Shown: in pieces, positions 45,805 to 56,200 of the stretch
Layout: every line of letters begins with the position of its first letter
How positions within the stretch are numbered: the stretch's first letter is position 1
Assembly: GCA_966185905.1 (NCBI GenBank)
Contig: CBIFVU010000001.1
Coordinates: 1 to 60,036, forward strand
Direction of reading: 5' to 3'
Source: an uncultured Lysobacter sp.
GTDB taxonomy: Bacteria; Pseudomonadota; Gammaproteobacteria; Xanthomonadales; Xanthomonadaceae
DNA: 60,036 nucleotides
Notes under the pieces: model-generated
Database searches by the model: none
What the model was told of the DNA's origin: nothing
Seen by the model: only the letters and a program-made list of their open reading frames with translations
Program-made: the position numbers and the translations under genes

Positions 45805-46677
45805 ATGAAGAAGGTCCTCGGCGTCTACAGCGCCCCCCGGCCGCACTGGGTCGGCGACGGCTTCCCCGCTCGCTCCCTGTTCTCCTATCACTCCCTCGGC
45901 CAGCACCTGAGCCCGTTCCTGCTGCTCGACTACGCCGGCCCGCACCGCTTCGAGCCGACCGCGCATCAGCGCGGCGTCGGCCAGCACCCGCATCGCGGGT
46001 TCGAGACGGTCACCATCGTCTACGACGGCGAAGTGGCCCATCGCGATTCCACCGGTGCCGGCGGCACCATCGGCCCGGGCGATGTGCAGTGGATGACCGC
46101 CGCCTCGGGCATCCTGCACGAGGAATTCCACAGCCCCGAGTTCGCGCGCCGCGGCGGCACCCTGGACATGGTCCAGTTGTGGGTCAATCTGCCGGCCAAG
46201 GACAAGATGCAGCGGCCGGGCTACCAGACCATCCTCGATGCCGACATCCCGTCCATCGCCCTGCCCGACGGCGCCGGGCGGGTGCGGCTGATCGCCGGCG
46301 AGTACGCCGGCCGCACCGGGCCTGCCCGCACTCACACGCCGATGAATGTGTGGGACCTGCGGCTCAAGGGCGGCCGCCCGGCCGAGTTGCCCGCGCAGGA
46401 GGGTTGGCCGATGGCGCTGGTCGTGCTCAAGGGCGCGGTCCGGGTCAACGATGGCCCACGCGTCGGCGAGGCGCAGATGGTCTTGCTCGACCGCGACGGC
46501 GCCAATGCCTTCGTCGAGGCCGAGGGCGAGGGCGAGGCCACGGTGCTGCTGCTCAGCGGCGAGCCCATCGACGAACCCATCGCCGGCCACGGCCCCTTCG
46601 TCATGAACACGCAGGCCGAGATCGCCCAGGCCTTCGTCGATTTCAGCAATGGCCAGTTCGGCCAGATCGCGCATTGA
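45805..46677 (+). CDS. Pirin family protein
   Basis: PFLLLD, HPHRGFETVT, QWMTAASGILHEE, QLWVNLP, GPFVMNT. Confidence 0.96.
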   Translation: MKKVLGVYSAPRPHWVGDGFPARSLFSYHSLGQHLSPFLLLDYAGPHRFEPTAHQRGVGQHPHRGFETVTIVYDGEVAHRDSTGAGGTIGPGDVQWMTAASGILHEEFHSPEFARRGGTLDMVQLWVNLPAKDKMQRPGYQTILDADIPSIALPDGAGRVRLIAGEYAGRTGPARTHTPMNVWDLRLKGGRPAELPAQEGWPMALVVLKGAVRVNDGPRVGEAQMVLLDRDGANAFVEAEGEGEATVLLLSGEPIDEPIAGHGPFVMNTQAEIAQAFVDFSNGQFGQIAH

Positions 46678-46744
46678 GCGCAACGCGCGGACGCCGCCCC
46701 CGGCGTCCACTCCTTTCCTGTCTCCACCCCACGAGGACCCTGCC

Positions 46745-47425
46745 ATGAGCACACCCGCCAACTTCGCCGGCGCCAAGCCGATCATCGACCCGGCCAATGC
46801 CGCCATGCTGCTGATCGACCACCAGAGCGGCCTGTTCCAGACCATCGGCGACCTGCCCTTCGCCACCGTGCGCGCGCACGCCACCGCGCTGGCCAAGATG
46901 GCCAGCCTGGCCAAGATCCCGGTGATCACCACCGCCTCGGTGCCGCAAGGCCCCAACGGCCCGCTGATCCCGGAGATCCACGCCCACGCCCCGCACGCCC
47001 AGTACGTGGCCCGCCGCGGCGAGATCAACGCCTGGGACAACCCCGACTTCGTCGCCGCGGTCAAGGCCACCGGCCGCAAGCAACTGATCATCGCCGGCAC
47101 CATCACCAGCGTGTGCATGGCGTTCCCGTCCATCGCCGCGGTCGCCGACGGCTACCAGGTGTTCGCCGTGATCGATGCCTCCGGCACGTACTCGAAGATG
47201 GCCGAGGAGATCACCTTGGCGCGCGTGGTCCAGGCCGGCGTGGTGCCGATGGACACCGCCGCGGTCGCCTCGGAGATCCAGAAGACCTGGCACCGCGACG
47301 ACGCCCAGCAGTGGGCCGAGATCTACGCCAGCATCTTCCCGAACTACCAATTGCTGATCGAGAGCTACATGAAGGCGCAGGACGTGCAGAAGAACGGCGA
47401 GACACTGGACTCGCAGCGCGACTGA
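46745..47425 (+). CDS. ycaC: Isochorismatase-family hydrolase (YcaC-like)
   Basis: LLIDHQ, GPNGPLIPE, INAWDNPDFVAAVKATGRKQLIIAG..T.VC, DASGT. Confidence 0.9.
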   Translation: MSTPANFAGAKPIIDPANAAMLLIDHQSGLFQTIGDLPFATVRAHATALAKMASLAKIPVITTASVPQGPNGPLIPEIHAHAPHAQYVARRGEINAWDNPDFVAAVKATGRKQLIIAGTITSVCMAFPSIAAVADGYQVFAVIDASGTYSKMAEEITLARVVQAGVVPMDTAAVASEIQKTWHRDDAQQWAEIYASIFPNYQLLIESYMKAQDVQKNGETLDSQRD

Positions 47426-47554
47426 GCCCGAGCGCGGCGGTGGCGGCGCGCTGTCGATGCGCGGCCGGCCGCTGCCGCAAGCGCTCGCACGCCTGTGGCG
47501 CGCGGAGCGACGCCGCGAGGGCCTGGTGCGCGCCGATCGAGCCAATGGCTGCCG

Positions 47555-47588
47555 TGCGGGTGTACATGCGGGTGTACATGCGGGTGTA
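47555..47588. repeat. 12-bp intergenic tandem repeat (TGCGGGTGTACA)x2.8
   Basis: Seen directly. Confidence 0.7.
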
Positions 47589-47774
47589 TCGGATGCGAAC
47601 ACTTGCCCGGGACCGACCGTCGCAGTAGCGTTGCCTCGCGACCCTGCGCCATCGGCCCCGTCGCATCGTACCGGGCCAGCAGGAGGCTGCAGGAGCCGCT
47701 CCGCAGAGCCATGGCGGGAATGGCGCATGGCGCCGGACCCGCCTGCTGTCCATCGAATCAGAGCGAGTTCCCTC

Positions 47775-48305
47775 ATGAAGCCAGGCTCCCGGCTGTTGCC
47801 TCTGCTCCTGCTCGCCGCCTTCCAGGGCGGGAACTGCGCGGAGCCGTCCTCGGCCCAACCTGCACCGGTGTGGTCGGGCCACCCAGCCGCATCCCCGCTG
47901 CCCGGCATCTGGGTCGGCGGCCGCTTGAATGCAGAGGACGTCGCCCGGCTCAAACCGTCCGGGGTCCGCCAAGTGCTGGACCTGACCCGGGACAGCGAAA
48001 CACCCGGCTTCGACGAAGCGGCCGCTGTCGGGGATGCCGGTCTGGCCTACGCGAACCTCGCCATCGGCGGCGCCGCGGACCTGACCCGGGCGAACGTGCT
48101 TGCGTTCGACCGCCTGCTGTCCAGCGCCGAGCGCCCGCTCATGGTGCACTGCGCCAGCGGCAACCGAGTCGGCGCCATGGCCGCCTTGCGCGCAGCCTGG
48201 CTGCAAGGCAAGAGCGAAGACGAGGCGGTGGAGATCGGCCGGGCCTGGGGCCTGAAGGGCCTGGAAGGGGACGTCCGGCAGCGGATCGCCGCGCCCGGCC
48301 CCTGA
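47775..48305 (+). CDS. Secreted PTP-fold phosphatase/sulfur-transferase-like protein (DUF442/BLH-like)
   Basis: Signal peptide; CX5R loop HCASGNR; GLAYANLAI. Confidence 0.85.
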   Translation: MKPGSRLLPLLLLAAFQGGNCAEPSSAQPAPVWSGHPAASPLPGIWVGGRLNAEDVARLKPSGVRQVLDLTRDSETPGFDEAAAVGDAGLAYANLAIGGAADLTRANVLAFDRLLSSAERPLMVHCASGNRVGAMAALRAAWLQGKSEDEAVEIGRAWGLKGLEGDVRQRIAAPGP

Positions 48306-48412
48306 GGCCTCGGCCTCGCAGCGCACCTCCGCCGCGGCCCTCGCCGCATCGCGCATCGGCGCCGAGCTCTCGCAGCACCGGCGCTGCGCAGCCGCACCGT
48401 CGGAGTGCCGCC

Positions 48413-48979
48413 TCAGCGCACCCGCCGCAGCCGCCGCAGGAAGTGGATGCCCTCGGCGTCGCCCTCGATGGTCAACACATCGCCATCCACCCGGAACGGG
48501 CGTGGCTGGTCGGTGCCGGTATAGCCCGGCATCAGGCTGCCCTCGACCCGATGCACGACCACGCCCTTGTCGGCATCCACTTGCCAGGTACCGAAGTAGG
48601 CGACGAAGCCCGAATAGGCCGCGCGCACTTCCGCATCGCTGCCGCGGGCATCGTCGCCGGAGGCGAACGGCGGCGTCGCCGGGGTGCGCATGATCTGCAC
48701 GTGCAGGTGGCCGGTGGGGTCGTAGACGATGTAGCCCTTGGGGCGCTCGCCGTAAGGGTGGACCACCCGGCCGCTCGCATCGGTGTCGGTGATGCGCTCG
48801 ACCCGCCAGGTGCCCACCAGGTCGGACGCGGTGGACCGGGCCGGTTGCACAGCGGCGGGAGCAGCGGGCGCGGCCTGGGCGGGCGCCCGCTGGGCCGCAT
48901 CCTTCGCGGCGGCCGGCAGCGCGGCGCAGAACGCGGCCGCGCAAATCGCGGCGAAGGCCAAGCATCGGGCCTGGGACAT
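48413..48979 (-). CDS. Lipocalin-like domain protein
   Basis: Signal peptide; LVGTWR...PYGERPKGYIVYD..G...FVAYFGTW...HRVEGS...GTDQPR. Confidence 0.88.
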   Translation of the reverse strand: MSQARCLAFAAICAAAFCAALPAAAKDAAQRAPAQAAPAAPAAVQPARSTASDLVGTWRVERITDTDASGRVVHPYGERPKGYIVYDPTGHLHVQIMRTPATPPFASGDDARGSDAEVRAAYSGFVAYFGTWQVDADKGVVVHRVEGSLMPGYTGTDQPRPFRVDGDVLTIEGDAEGIHFLRRLRRVR

Positions 48980-49333
48980 GGCGAGGACCTCGGGTCGGGG
49001 GACTGGCGCAGCCTAGCCACGCCGGCGGCGCAGGCGACACCGCCGGAAGTCCTGGCCTCGTCTCTGGCTCGATCCGGCGCGCGTTCGGCGAGGCGTTCGG
49101 CGGGTTCCGTCCTTGCGCCGGGCCTGTTCGGGTCCGCTCCCGCCGGCCCCGCAAGCGTCGGTCCCGCTGTCCGGCGCGCTCCGCCCAGGCATCGGGAGCG
49201 CCGCGCGCGCGGCCGGCCTGGTGCGGCCCTCGCGCGCTCCTCGGCGAATCGGCCTACCATCGCATTCGCCGCTGCCGCGCCGCCAGGCCGGCGCGGTCCC
49301 GCCACTGACGGACTCACCCAACGGACTGCTGCC

Positions 49334-49741
49334 ATGGATAGAGCGCCCACCCCCTTTCTGCTGTGCCTGGCCGCCGCACTGTGCGCGGCCGGCCTGCCGG
49401 CCTCCGCCGCGCCGGCCAAGGCCGACACCCGCCCCAGCTTCGGCCGCTGCCTGGATCGCAGCGGCGGCGTCACCTTCGACATGCTGGAGTGCGGCCGCAT
49501 CGAACACGAGTACCAGGACAAGCGCCTGAACGCGGCCTACCAAAAGGCGATGGCCCAGCGCAGCAAGCCCGAGCGCGAGCGGCTGCGCGAAAAACAGCGC
49601 GCCTGGATCAAGCATCGCGACAGCCTTTGCGCGCTCGATCCGGACGGTGGTTCGGCGGCGAGGATCGAGTCGGCCAGTTGCAATGTCGAACAGACGGCGC
49701 TGCGCGCGGCCGAGCTGGAAGCGCTGGCGCGCGGGCCTTGA
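49334..49741 (+). CDS. LprI-family (DUF1311) lysozyme inhibitor-like secreted protein
   Basis: Signal peptide; T.DM.EC...E...QDKRLN.AY...LR..QRAWI..RD..C...C....T..RA.EL. Confidence 0.9.
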   Translation: MDRAPTPFLLCLAAALCAAGLPASAAPAKADTRPSFGRCLDRSGGVTFDMLECGRIEHEYQDKRLNAAYQKAMAQRSKPERERLREKQRAWIKHRDSLCALDPDGGSAARIESASCNVEQTALRAAELEALARGP

Positions 49742-49852
49742 ATCCCCCCGCGTGCTGCAGCGGCTAGCGTGGCGCGCAGGTCGCCGCAACAGGGCAGCGA
49801 TGCGGGTCCGCACGGGCCGGCGCCGCAGGCAGCGCCGGTCCGTGCGGGCCGT

Positions 49853-51961
49853 TCACCACTGCACGCCGGCGCCCACCGAAAAGCCCCATTCGCTGACCGT
49901 ATTGCCGCTGGCCTGGGCCTTGTAGACATAGCGCCCGTCCTCGGTCACGCCCGACAGGCCCACCGCCAGGCCGACCTCGTTCTGGTAGCCGCCCACGCCG
50001 ACCGCGAGCATGCTCTTGCCCGGCTGATAGGCCTGCGGCAGGCCGGCCATGGCCATCGCCGAAGCAGTGGCGCCGCGGTAGTTGCGGTCCAGGGTCCACA
50101 CATCGTTCTCGATGCCGCGGATGCGGCTGTCGGTGTAGCGATTGGCCTGCTCGACCGCGCTGCTCACGCCGCCGCGCAACTGGGCCACGTTGACCGCATC
50201 GGTGGCGGCCGACCCCGGAGCCACGCCGCTGATGGTGCGGTTGCCCAGGTTCACCTCGCCGGCCGAGCGGCTGCTGCCGACATAGGCCGCGTCGTAGCCG
50301 CTCTGCGCGCCGACGGTGGTCGCCGAACCGGCGCCGAGGGCGACGCTGTTGGCGTGGCCGGCGTTGGCGCCGTTGCCCAGCGCGGTGCTGCCGGCGGCGC
50401 TGGCGCGGCTGTCGTTGCCGACCGCCAGCGCATTGGCGCCGCTGGCGACCGCTCCGACGCCGGCGGCGGCGGAATTGGCTCCGCTCGGCCGCGGCGCCGG
50501 CGCCGTGCGTTCCTGGCTGACCTGGAACATGCCGCTGGCGCCGTTTTCCACATTGCTCACGCGCTGGTCGAACTGGCTCACGGTCTGGTTGATCTGGGCG
50601 ACGCTGCCTTCCACATTGGTCACCCGGTCGCCGATCTGGGTGATGTCGCCCTTGATCGTGGTGATGTCGCCTTCGATGCTGGTCACCCGGCCGTCGATCT
50701 GGTCGATGCGGGTGTTGACCGCGCCGATCTGGGTGTCGGTGTATTGGTTGGCCGCGGCCACGCCGGCCTTGAGTTGATCGACGTTGACCGCATCGGTGCC
50801 GGCCGCGCCCGCGGCCACACCGCTGACGGTGCGCCCGCCCAGGTTGGCCTCGCCGGTGGAATCGCTGCTGCCTACATAAGCGGCGGCATAGCCGCTCTGC
50901 GCGCCGACCGTGGTGGCCGAGCCGGCGCCGATCGCCAGACTGTTGGCGTGGCCGGCGACGGCACCGTTGCCGATGGCCAGGCTGTTGAGCGAGAGCGCCT
51001 GCGCGCCCGCGCCGATCGCCGCGCTGCCCTGGCCGGCGGCGTGCGCGGCGGTGCCCAGCGCGGTGCTCTGCTCGCCTTCGGCGTCGGCGTCCTTGCCCAC
51101 CGCCACCGCGGCGGCGGCGCGGCCCTTGGCGCCGCTGCCCAAGGCAGTGGCGTCGGCGGCCGAAGCCGCAGCCTGTTGTCCGATGGCGGTGGCCGAGGCT
51201 GCGCTGGCGCTGGCCTGCGCGCCCACCGCGGTGGAACCCGCGGTCTCGCCCGCGCTGCCGCCGGTGGCCGCCGCGTCGCGGCCGATCGCCACGCTGTCGC
51301 CGACCGCGTTGGCGCGAGTGCCCGCCGCCAGGGCATAGCCGCTGCGGCCGTCGGCGACCGCGCCGGAACCGAAGGCGATGTCTTCGTCGGTCACTGTCTG
51401 CGCCTGCGCGCCGATGGCGATGGAACGGAATCCGTTGATCGCGCTGTCTCCATTGGCGTAGGACTGGTTGTTGGCGCCCACGCCGATGGCGATGCCTTCC
51501 TGCCCCGCGCCCGCGCCGGTGCCGATGGCGACGCCGTGGCTGCCGTTGCCGACCACCGAGCGCGTGGACGCGCCCAGTCCCAGGGCCAGCGAACCCTCGC
51601 CGTTGGCCTGGCTGTTAGTGCCCACGGCGATGGCGTTCTCGGCGTTGGCGCGGGCATTGGCGCCCACCGCGATGCCGCTGGCGGCGACGGCCTGCGCGCC
51701 CGGCCCGCAGTTCACCGAATTGCTGCCTTCCGTGCCCGCCGGATCGACCGGATTGCCGGCCGCGTCCACGCAGTACACCTGGGCGGCGGCTTCTTGCCCA
51801 GGCCACGCCACCGCGACCAGCAAGCCCGTGGCGAGCAGCGCACTGGCCAGGCGCGAGCGAGGCAGCGGCAGCGGCAGCGCGCGCAGTGTCGGCGCCGGCG
51901 AGGGCGCGGTGCGAAGGACGGGGGAGCGATCCTGGCGAAGCAAACGTGGAATCCTGTTCAA
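49853..51961 (-). CDS. YadA-family trimeric autotransporter adhesin (XadA-like)
   Basis: TTG start after AAGGAG; (S/A)xAIG head repeats; TDAVNV.QL necks; coiled-coil stalk; anchor LPQAYQPGKSM...GFSVGAGVQW. Confidence 0.95.
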   Translation of the reverse strand: MNRIPRLLRQDRSPVLRTAPSPAPTLRALPLPLPRSRLASALLATGLLVAVAWPGQEAAAQVYCVDAAGNPVDPAGTEGSNSVNCGPGAQAVAASGIAVGANARANAENAIAVGTNSQANGEGSLALGLGASTRSVVGNGSHGVAIGTGAGAGQEGIAIGVGANNQSYANGDSAINGFRSIAIGAQAQTVTDEDIAFGSGAVADGRSGYALAAGTRANAVGDSVAIGRDAAATGGSAGETAGSTAVGAQASASAASATAIGQQAAASAADATALGSGAKGRAAAAVAVGKDADAEGEQSTALGTAAHAAGQGSAAIGAGAQALSLNSLAIGNGAVAGHANSLAIGAGSATTVGAQSGYAAAYVGSSDSTGEANLGGRTVSGVAAGAAGTDAVNVDQLKAGVAAANQYTDTQIGAVNTRIDQIDGRVTSIEGDITTIKGDITQIGDRVTNVEGSVAQINQTVSQFDQRVSNVENGASGMFQVSQERTAPAPRPSGANSAAAGVGAVASGANALAVGNDSRASAAGSTALGNGANAGHANSVALGAGSATTVGAQSGYDAAYVGSSRSAGEVNLGNRTISGVAPGSAATDAVNVAQLRGGVSSAVEQANRYTDSRIRGIENDVWTLDRNYRGATASAMAMAGLPQAYQPGKSMLAVGVGGYQNEVGLAVGLSGVTEDGRYVYKAQASGNTVSEWGFSVGAGVQW

Positions 51962-52605
51962 GTCGTAATCTCCTTGGAACGAGCCGGAAGTCGGGACGAA
52001 CGCCGTCAGGCCGCGCGGCCGCAGGGGCCGGCAACTGAATCGAGTCATCCGATTGACGCATATAAATGTGATTGACTTCACATTTATAGTGAGACTTATA
52101 TCACTCAATTTTCCGTAGACATGCGAAGGCGCCTTCACCGCCCAGGTGTGCCTGCGCCCCCGGGCTCCGCGCCGATTCGCCCGAGCCCTTGCGCGGCAAT
52201 GGGTTGGCTCCGCGCCGGGCGATGCCGCTCTCGCCCGGCGCGAACCACGGCGCGCTGCGCCGAAGCCGGGACAGGCACACTTTCCGCAGGCAACGAACTG
52301 TTCGTCGCGGCCCCTGGCGGCCTTGCGGATGAACGCGCCCGCCTCCCCGTGCGTCCTGGATGCGCGCGGCGGCGGGGGATCGCCGCGCCCTCGGATGCTG
52401 TCGGCAGCCGCGGCGTCGCCGGCGACCGGAGCGATCTCGCCGCGATCGAGGGGTGGCGCTGGGCATGCGGAGCGGCGGGCGCTTCCCGCCCCGCGACTAC
52501 GCGGCGGGCAGAACCGCGCTGGGCGCGTCCTCGCATCCCGCCCGCCCCTGCCGGAAGTCACTTCCTCGGCGCCTGGATTGCCAGCGCCGACGGCGGCCAC
52601 GCACT

Positions 52606-53799
52606 ATGGCCGCCATGCTCGAGCTCCTGCGCAAGACGGCGCTGCACCCGCTGAACCTGCCAGCCCTGATGACCTGGCTGGCGGTGGCCTTGTCGCTGCC
52701 TCACCAAGGCCCAACGGGCGGCGCGCTGCTGTGGACGATGCTGCTCGTGTTCGCGCTGGCGTTCATGCTGCACGACTTCGCCTGGGCGCAGGCGCCGCGC
52801 ACGCGCGCGCTGCTGTTCGCGCTGGAAGCGCTGTGCGCGCTGGGCACCTGCTGGCTGGCGCCGCGCGGCGGCGTTTCGCCGGCGCTGCTGGTGATGCTGA
52901 TCGCGCACTTGGCCCTGGTGTATCCGATCCGCCGGGTCTACGCGGTCGCCGCAGCGCTGAACCTGGCCCTGTACCTGATCCTGCGCCAGGCGGGCCACGG
53001 CGCGGCCTTCATCGTGGTGCTGATCTTCGCCGGCCTGCAGGGCTTCGCCGTGCTGGTCGCGCACTACGCGCGCAACGCCGAGCGCACCCGCGACCGTTTG
53101 GCCCTGGTCAATGCCGACCTGCTGGCGACCCGCGCGCTGCTGGCCGACAGCGCGCGCAGCAACGAGCGCTTGCGAGTGGCGCGCGATCTGCACGATGTGG
53201 TCGGCCACAAGCTCACCGCGATGATCCTCAACCTGCGCTCGCTGGCGATGGAACCCAGCTTGCAGGACCGCGGCGAAGTGCAGGTGGCCCAGCGCCTGGC
53301 GACCGAATTGCTGGCCGAGATCCGCAGCGTGGTCCAGGCCTTGCGCGAGGAGCGCGGGCTCGACCTGGCGCTGGCGTTGCGCGCGCTGGCCGCGCCGTTG
53401 CCGCGGCCGGCGCTGGCGCTGCGCATCGACGAAGCCGTCCGCCTGACCGACACCGCGCTGGCCGAAACCCTGTTGCGCGTGGTCCAGGAGGCGCTGACCA
53501 ACAGCGCTCGCCACACCGAGGCCCAACGCGTGGAGGTGGATATCCAGCGCGATGGCGCGCACCTGCGCCTGCGCATCCAGGACGACGGCCGCGTGCGCGC
53601 TCCGCTGGCGGAGGGCAATGGCCTGTCGGGCATGCGCGAACGCGTGGCCGCCGCCGGCGGCCGCTTGCGCCTGTCGGCGCAGGCCGGCGCGCCGCTGCGC
53701 ATCGAAGCCGAGTTTCCCTTCGACGACGACGCCGCCAACCGCGATATCGGCCCGGCCACCGCCGGAATCGCCGGCCCCCTCCAGGAGCGCGCCGCATGA
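52606..53799 (+). CDS. Membrane sensor histidine kinase (HisKA_3, DesK-like)
   Basis: ERLRVARDLHDVVGHKL, QEALTNSARH, DDGR, GNGLSGMRERV. Confidence 0.95.
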   Translation: MAAMLELLRKTALHPLNLPALMTWLAVALSLPHQGPTGGALLWTMLLVFALAFMLHDFAWAQAPRTRALLFALEALCALGTCWLAPRGGVSPALLVMLIAHLALVYPIRRVYAVAAALNLALYLILRQAGHGAAFIVVLIFAGLQGFAVLVAHYARNAERTRDRLALVNADLLATRALLADSARSNERLRVARDLHDVVGHKLTAMILNLRSLAMEPSLQDRGEVQVAQRLATELLAEIRSVVQALREERGLDLALALRALAAPLPRPALALRIDEAVRLTDTALAETLLRVVQEALTNSARHTEAQRVEVDIQRDGAHLRLRIQDDGRVRAPLAEGNGLSGMRERVAAAGGRLRLSAQAGAPLRIEAEFPFDDDAANRDIGPATAGIAGPLQERAA

Positions 53800-54440
53800 A
53801 CGCCGCCGCGCCCTTGCGCCTGGCCCTGGCCGACGATCAGATGCTGGTCCGCGCCGGCCTGCGCGCCTTGTTGGAAAAACGCGGCCTGCACATCGTCGTG
53901 GAGGCCGGCGACGGCCAGGAACTGCTCGACCGGCTGGCCGCCGCGCCGGTGGACGTGGTCCTCAGCGACATCCGCATGCCCGGGCTGGACGGCATCGCCG
54001 CCGTGTCGGCCTTGCGCGAGCGCGGCGATGCCACGCCGGTGCTGATGCTGACCACCTTCGACGATGCCGAACTGCTGCTGCGCGCCACCGAAGCCGGCGC
54101 GCAAGGGTTCTTGCTCAAGGATGCCGCGCCGCAGGACCTGATCGGCGCGATCGAGCGCGTCGCCCGCGGCGAGACCCTGCTGCAGCCGGTCAGCTCCGAT
54201 CCGGTGCGCGCGCGCTATCGCTACCAGGCCAGCCAGGCCGGGGCCAACGCCTTGTTCACCGAACGCGAAATCGCGGTGCTGCGCTTGATGGCCGGCGGCT
54301 ACTCCAACAAGGAAATCGCGCGGGCCATGTTCCTGGCCGAGGGCACGGTGAAGAATTATGTCTCGGCCATCCTGGAGAAGCTCGACACCCGCGACCGCAC
54401 CCGCGCGGTGCTCAAGGCGATCACCTTGCAGGTGATCTGA
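53796..54440 (+). CDS. NarL/LuxR-family response regulator
   Basis: ATGA overlap; ADD, DIRMP, LTTFDD, FLLKD; HTH FTERE...GYSNKEIA...EGTVKNY. Confidence 0.96.
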   Translation: MNAAAPLRLALADDQMLVRAGLRALLEKRGLHIVVEAGDGQELLDRLAAAPVDVVLSDIRMPGLDGIAAVSALRERGDATPVLMLTTFDDAELLLRATEAGAQGFLLKDAAPQDLIGAIERVARGETLLQPVSSDPVRARYRYQASQAGANALFTEREIAVLRLMAGGYSNKEIARAMFLAEGTVKNYVSAILEKLDTRDRTRAVLKAITLQVI

Positions 54441-54567
54441 ACGCGCGGTGCCGCGGCCCGCCTGAACGGGGCTGCGCCATCGTGGACGCGCCAGCGGCGC
54501 CGCAGCCGTTCGCCAGGAGGGCCGCGGCGGTGCGAAGATGGCCTCCCGCACACTAGGGAGTGGTGTC

Positions 54568-55857
54568 ATGGGTGAGCAAACTCGTCCCACCGGGCCGGCG
54601 CGGCCGGCACCGTCCAGCGACCCTCTCGCCCCGGTCGGCCCCGGGCTCGAAACGGCCGGCCTGCGGCCGGCGCCGGCCCTCGGCGAAGGCACGCTCTACA
54701 TCGGCAACGAAGTCTTCAGCTACGACAGCCGGCGGCAAAGCCTGAGCACCCCCGACGGCGACGTGGTCCGCAGCGGCGCGGTCCTGACCGATCGCCGGAC
54801 CGGCCAGACCGGCCTGTATGTCGGCACCTCGATCAGCGGCGGCGGCCTGGCCTTCGCCGGCGATCCCAACACCCAGGGTTTCGTCGCCGCGGGCACGCTC
54901 ACCAATGGCGTGGACCGGCTCAGCCTTGGCGTGGCCGGCCGCCCCGCCACCGGCGCCTACCAGGGCTTCGGCAGCCTGCGACTGGACGATGTCCAGTTCG
55001 ACCTGCGCGCAGTGCGCACGGCCACCGGCACCGGCGGCGGCGCCACCGCGACCTGGCACGGCGATGCGGGCCGCTCGGCCTCCGCCGGCCTGCAGTACGA
55101 CCCCGACGGCACCTGGCGGCTCAGCGGCGGCGTCAACGGCGGCGAGCAAGGCCCCCGCGTGGACGGCACCGTCACCCTGCGCCCGGGTCATCGCGCCGGC
55201 GTCGACGTGCGCGCCAGCATGCCCATCGATCAAGCCCTGCGCGTGGGCGGCAACGCCAGCGTGGGCACCGACGGCGCCTATGCCATCGGCGCCAACGTCC
55301 GCTACAACCTCTCCGAGCAGATCACCGCCGAAGGCAGCATCGGCCATCGCCGCGATGCCAGCGGCCGCAACGTCACCGAAGGCAGCGGCAGCATCGGCTA
55401 CACCTCGCCCCGTGACGGCATCAGCGCCGGCTTGCGCGGCAGCTACAACAGCGAGGGTGAGGCCTCGCTGATGTTCCGCTTCAACATACCGCTCGGCCCC
55501 CGCGGGCCGAGCGGACGAGGCGACCAGCGCAGTGCAGTGGAACTGCCCCTGCCCCGCCCTCTCGACCCCGGCGCGCCGGGCGCGCAAGACCCCGCCACGC
55601 CCGGCCAGGCGCCGCGCGCAGTCGCTGCTGCGCCGACCGGCCCGACCTCCTCTCTGCTCGATGGCCTGCTCGCCGGCGATCCGGAAGCGATGGCGCGCGC
55701 GCGCAACCATCCGGCGAGCCAGGACATGCGGCGCCAGGCAGTCGCCGAGGTCGATGCGCAGCAGGCAGCCACGCAGGCGCAAACGCAGGCGCAAACGCCC
55801 GATCGCAACCCATCGCCCGCCAGCCCGCCTTCGCACGGAGCGCGCTCGTTGGCTTGA
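54568..55857 (+). CDS. Gly-rich beta-strand protein with a Gln-rich C-terminal tail; candidate X-T4SS effector
   Basis: AGGGAG ribosome site; no signal peptide; amphipathic strands; tail ...DMRRQAVAEVDAQQAATQAQTQAQ...ARSLA. Confidence 0.7.
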   Translation: MGEQTRPTGPARPAPSSDPLAPVGPGLETAGLRPAPALGEGTLYIGNEVFSYDSRRQSLSTPDGDVVRSGAVLTDRRTGQTGLYVGTSISGGGLAFAGDPNTQGFVAAGTLTNGVDRLSLGVAGRPATGAYQGFGSLRLDDVQFDLRAVRTATGTGGGATATWHGDAGRSASAGLQYDPDGTWRLSGGVNGGEQGPRVDGTVTLRPGHRAGVDVRASMPIDQALRVGGNASVGTDGAYAIGANVRYNLSEQITAEGSIGHRRDASGRNVTEGSGSIGYTSPRDGISAGLRGSYNSEGEASLMFRFNIPLGPRGPSGRGDQRSAVELPLPRPLDPGAPGAQDPATPGQAPRAVAAAPTGPTSSLLDGLLAGDPEAMARARNHPASQDMRRQAVAEVDAQQAATQAQTQAQTPDRNPSPASPPSHGARSLA

Positions 55858-56160
55858 TCCGAGGGGGGGCGGCGGTCGCGGCGCCTTGTGAGGTGCGGCG
55901 CGGCCGAGACGGCATGAGGCGCCTTGTGGGCGCGATCGCTGCGTGGCGCGCTGGCGCTGGCGCGCGCGGGCGGCGCTGCTCGCTGCGCTCGATCCCGCAC
56001 GCATCCGTCCGACCATGCGTTCCATCGCACGACCGGGCGCCCTGCTCCTGCGCTGGGCCGGCGCGCCAGCGCAGGCAGGCGCGCAAGCGGCCGCAGGGCC
56101 CACGGTATGATGATCGCGGACCGGACCGGCGAGCGGACGACCGCCGGCCGCTCGCCCCAT

Positions 56161-56188
56161 CCGCATCCCGCATCCCGCCTCCCGCATC
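56161..56188. repeat. 7-bp VNTR (CCGCATC)x4, one copy imperfect, abutting a ribosome site
   Basis: Seen directly, just upstream of AAGGA and the ATG at 56201. Confidence 0.7.
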
Positions 56189-56200
56189 CAAGGACGAACC

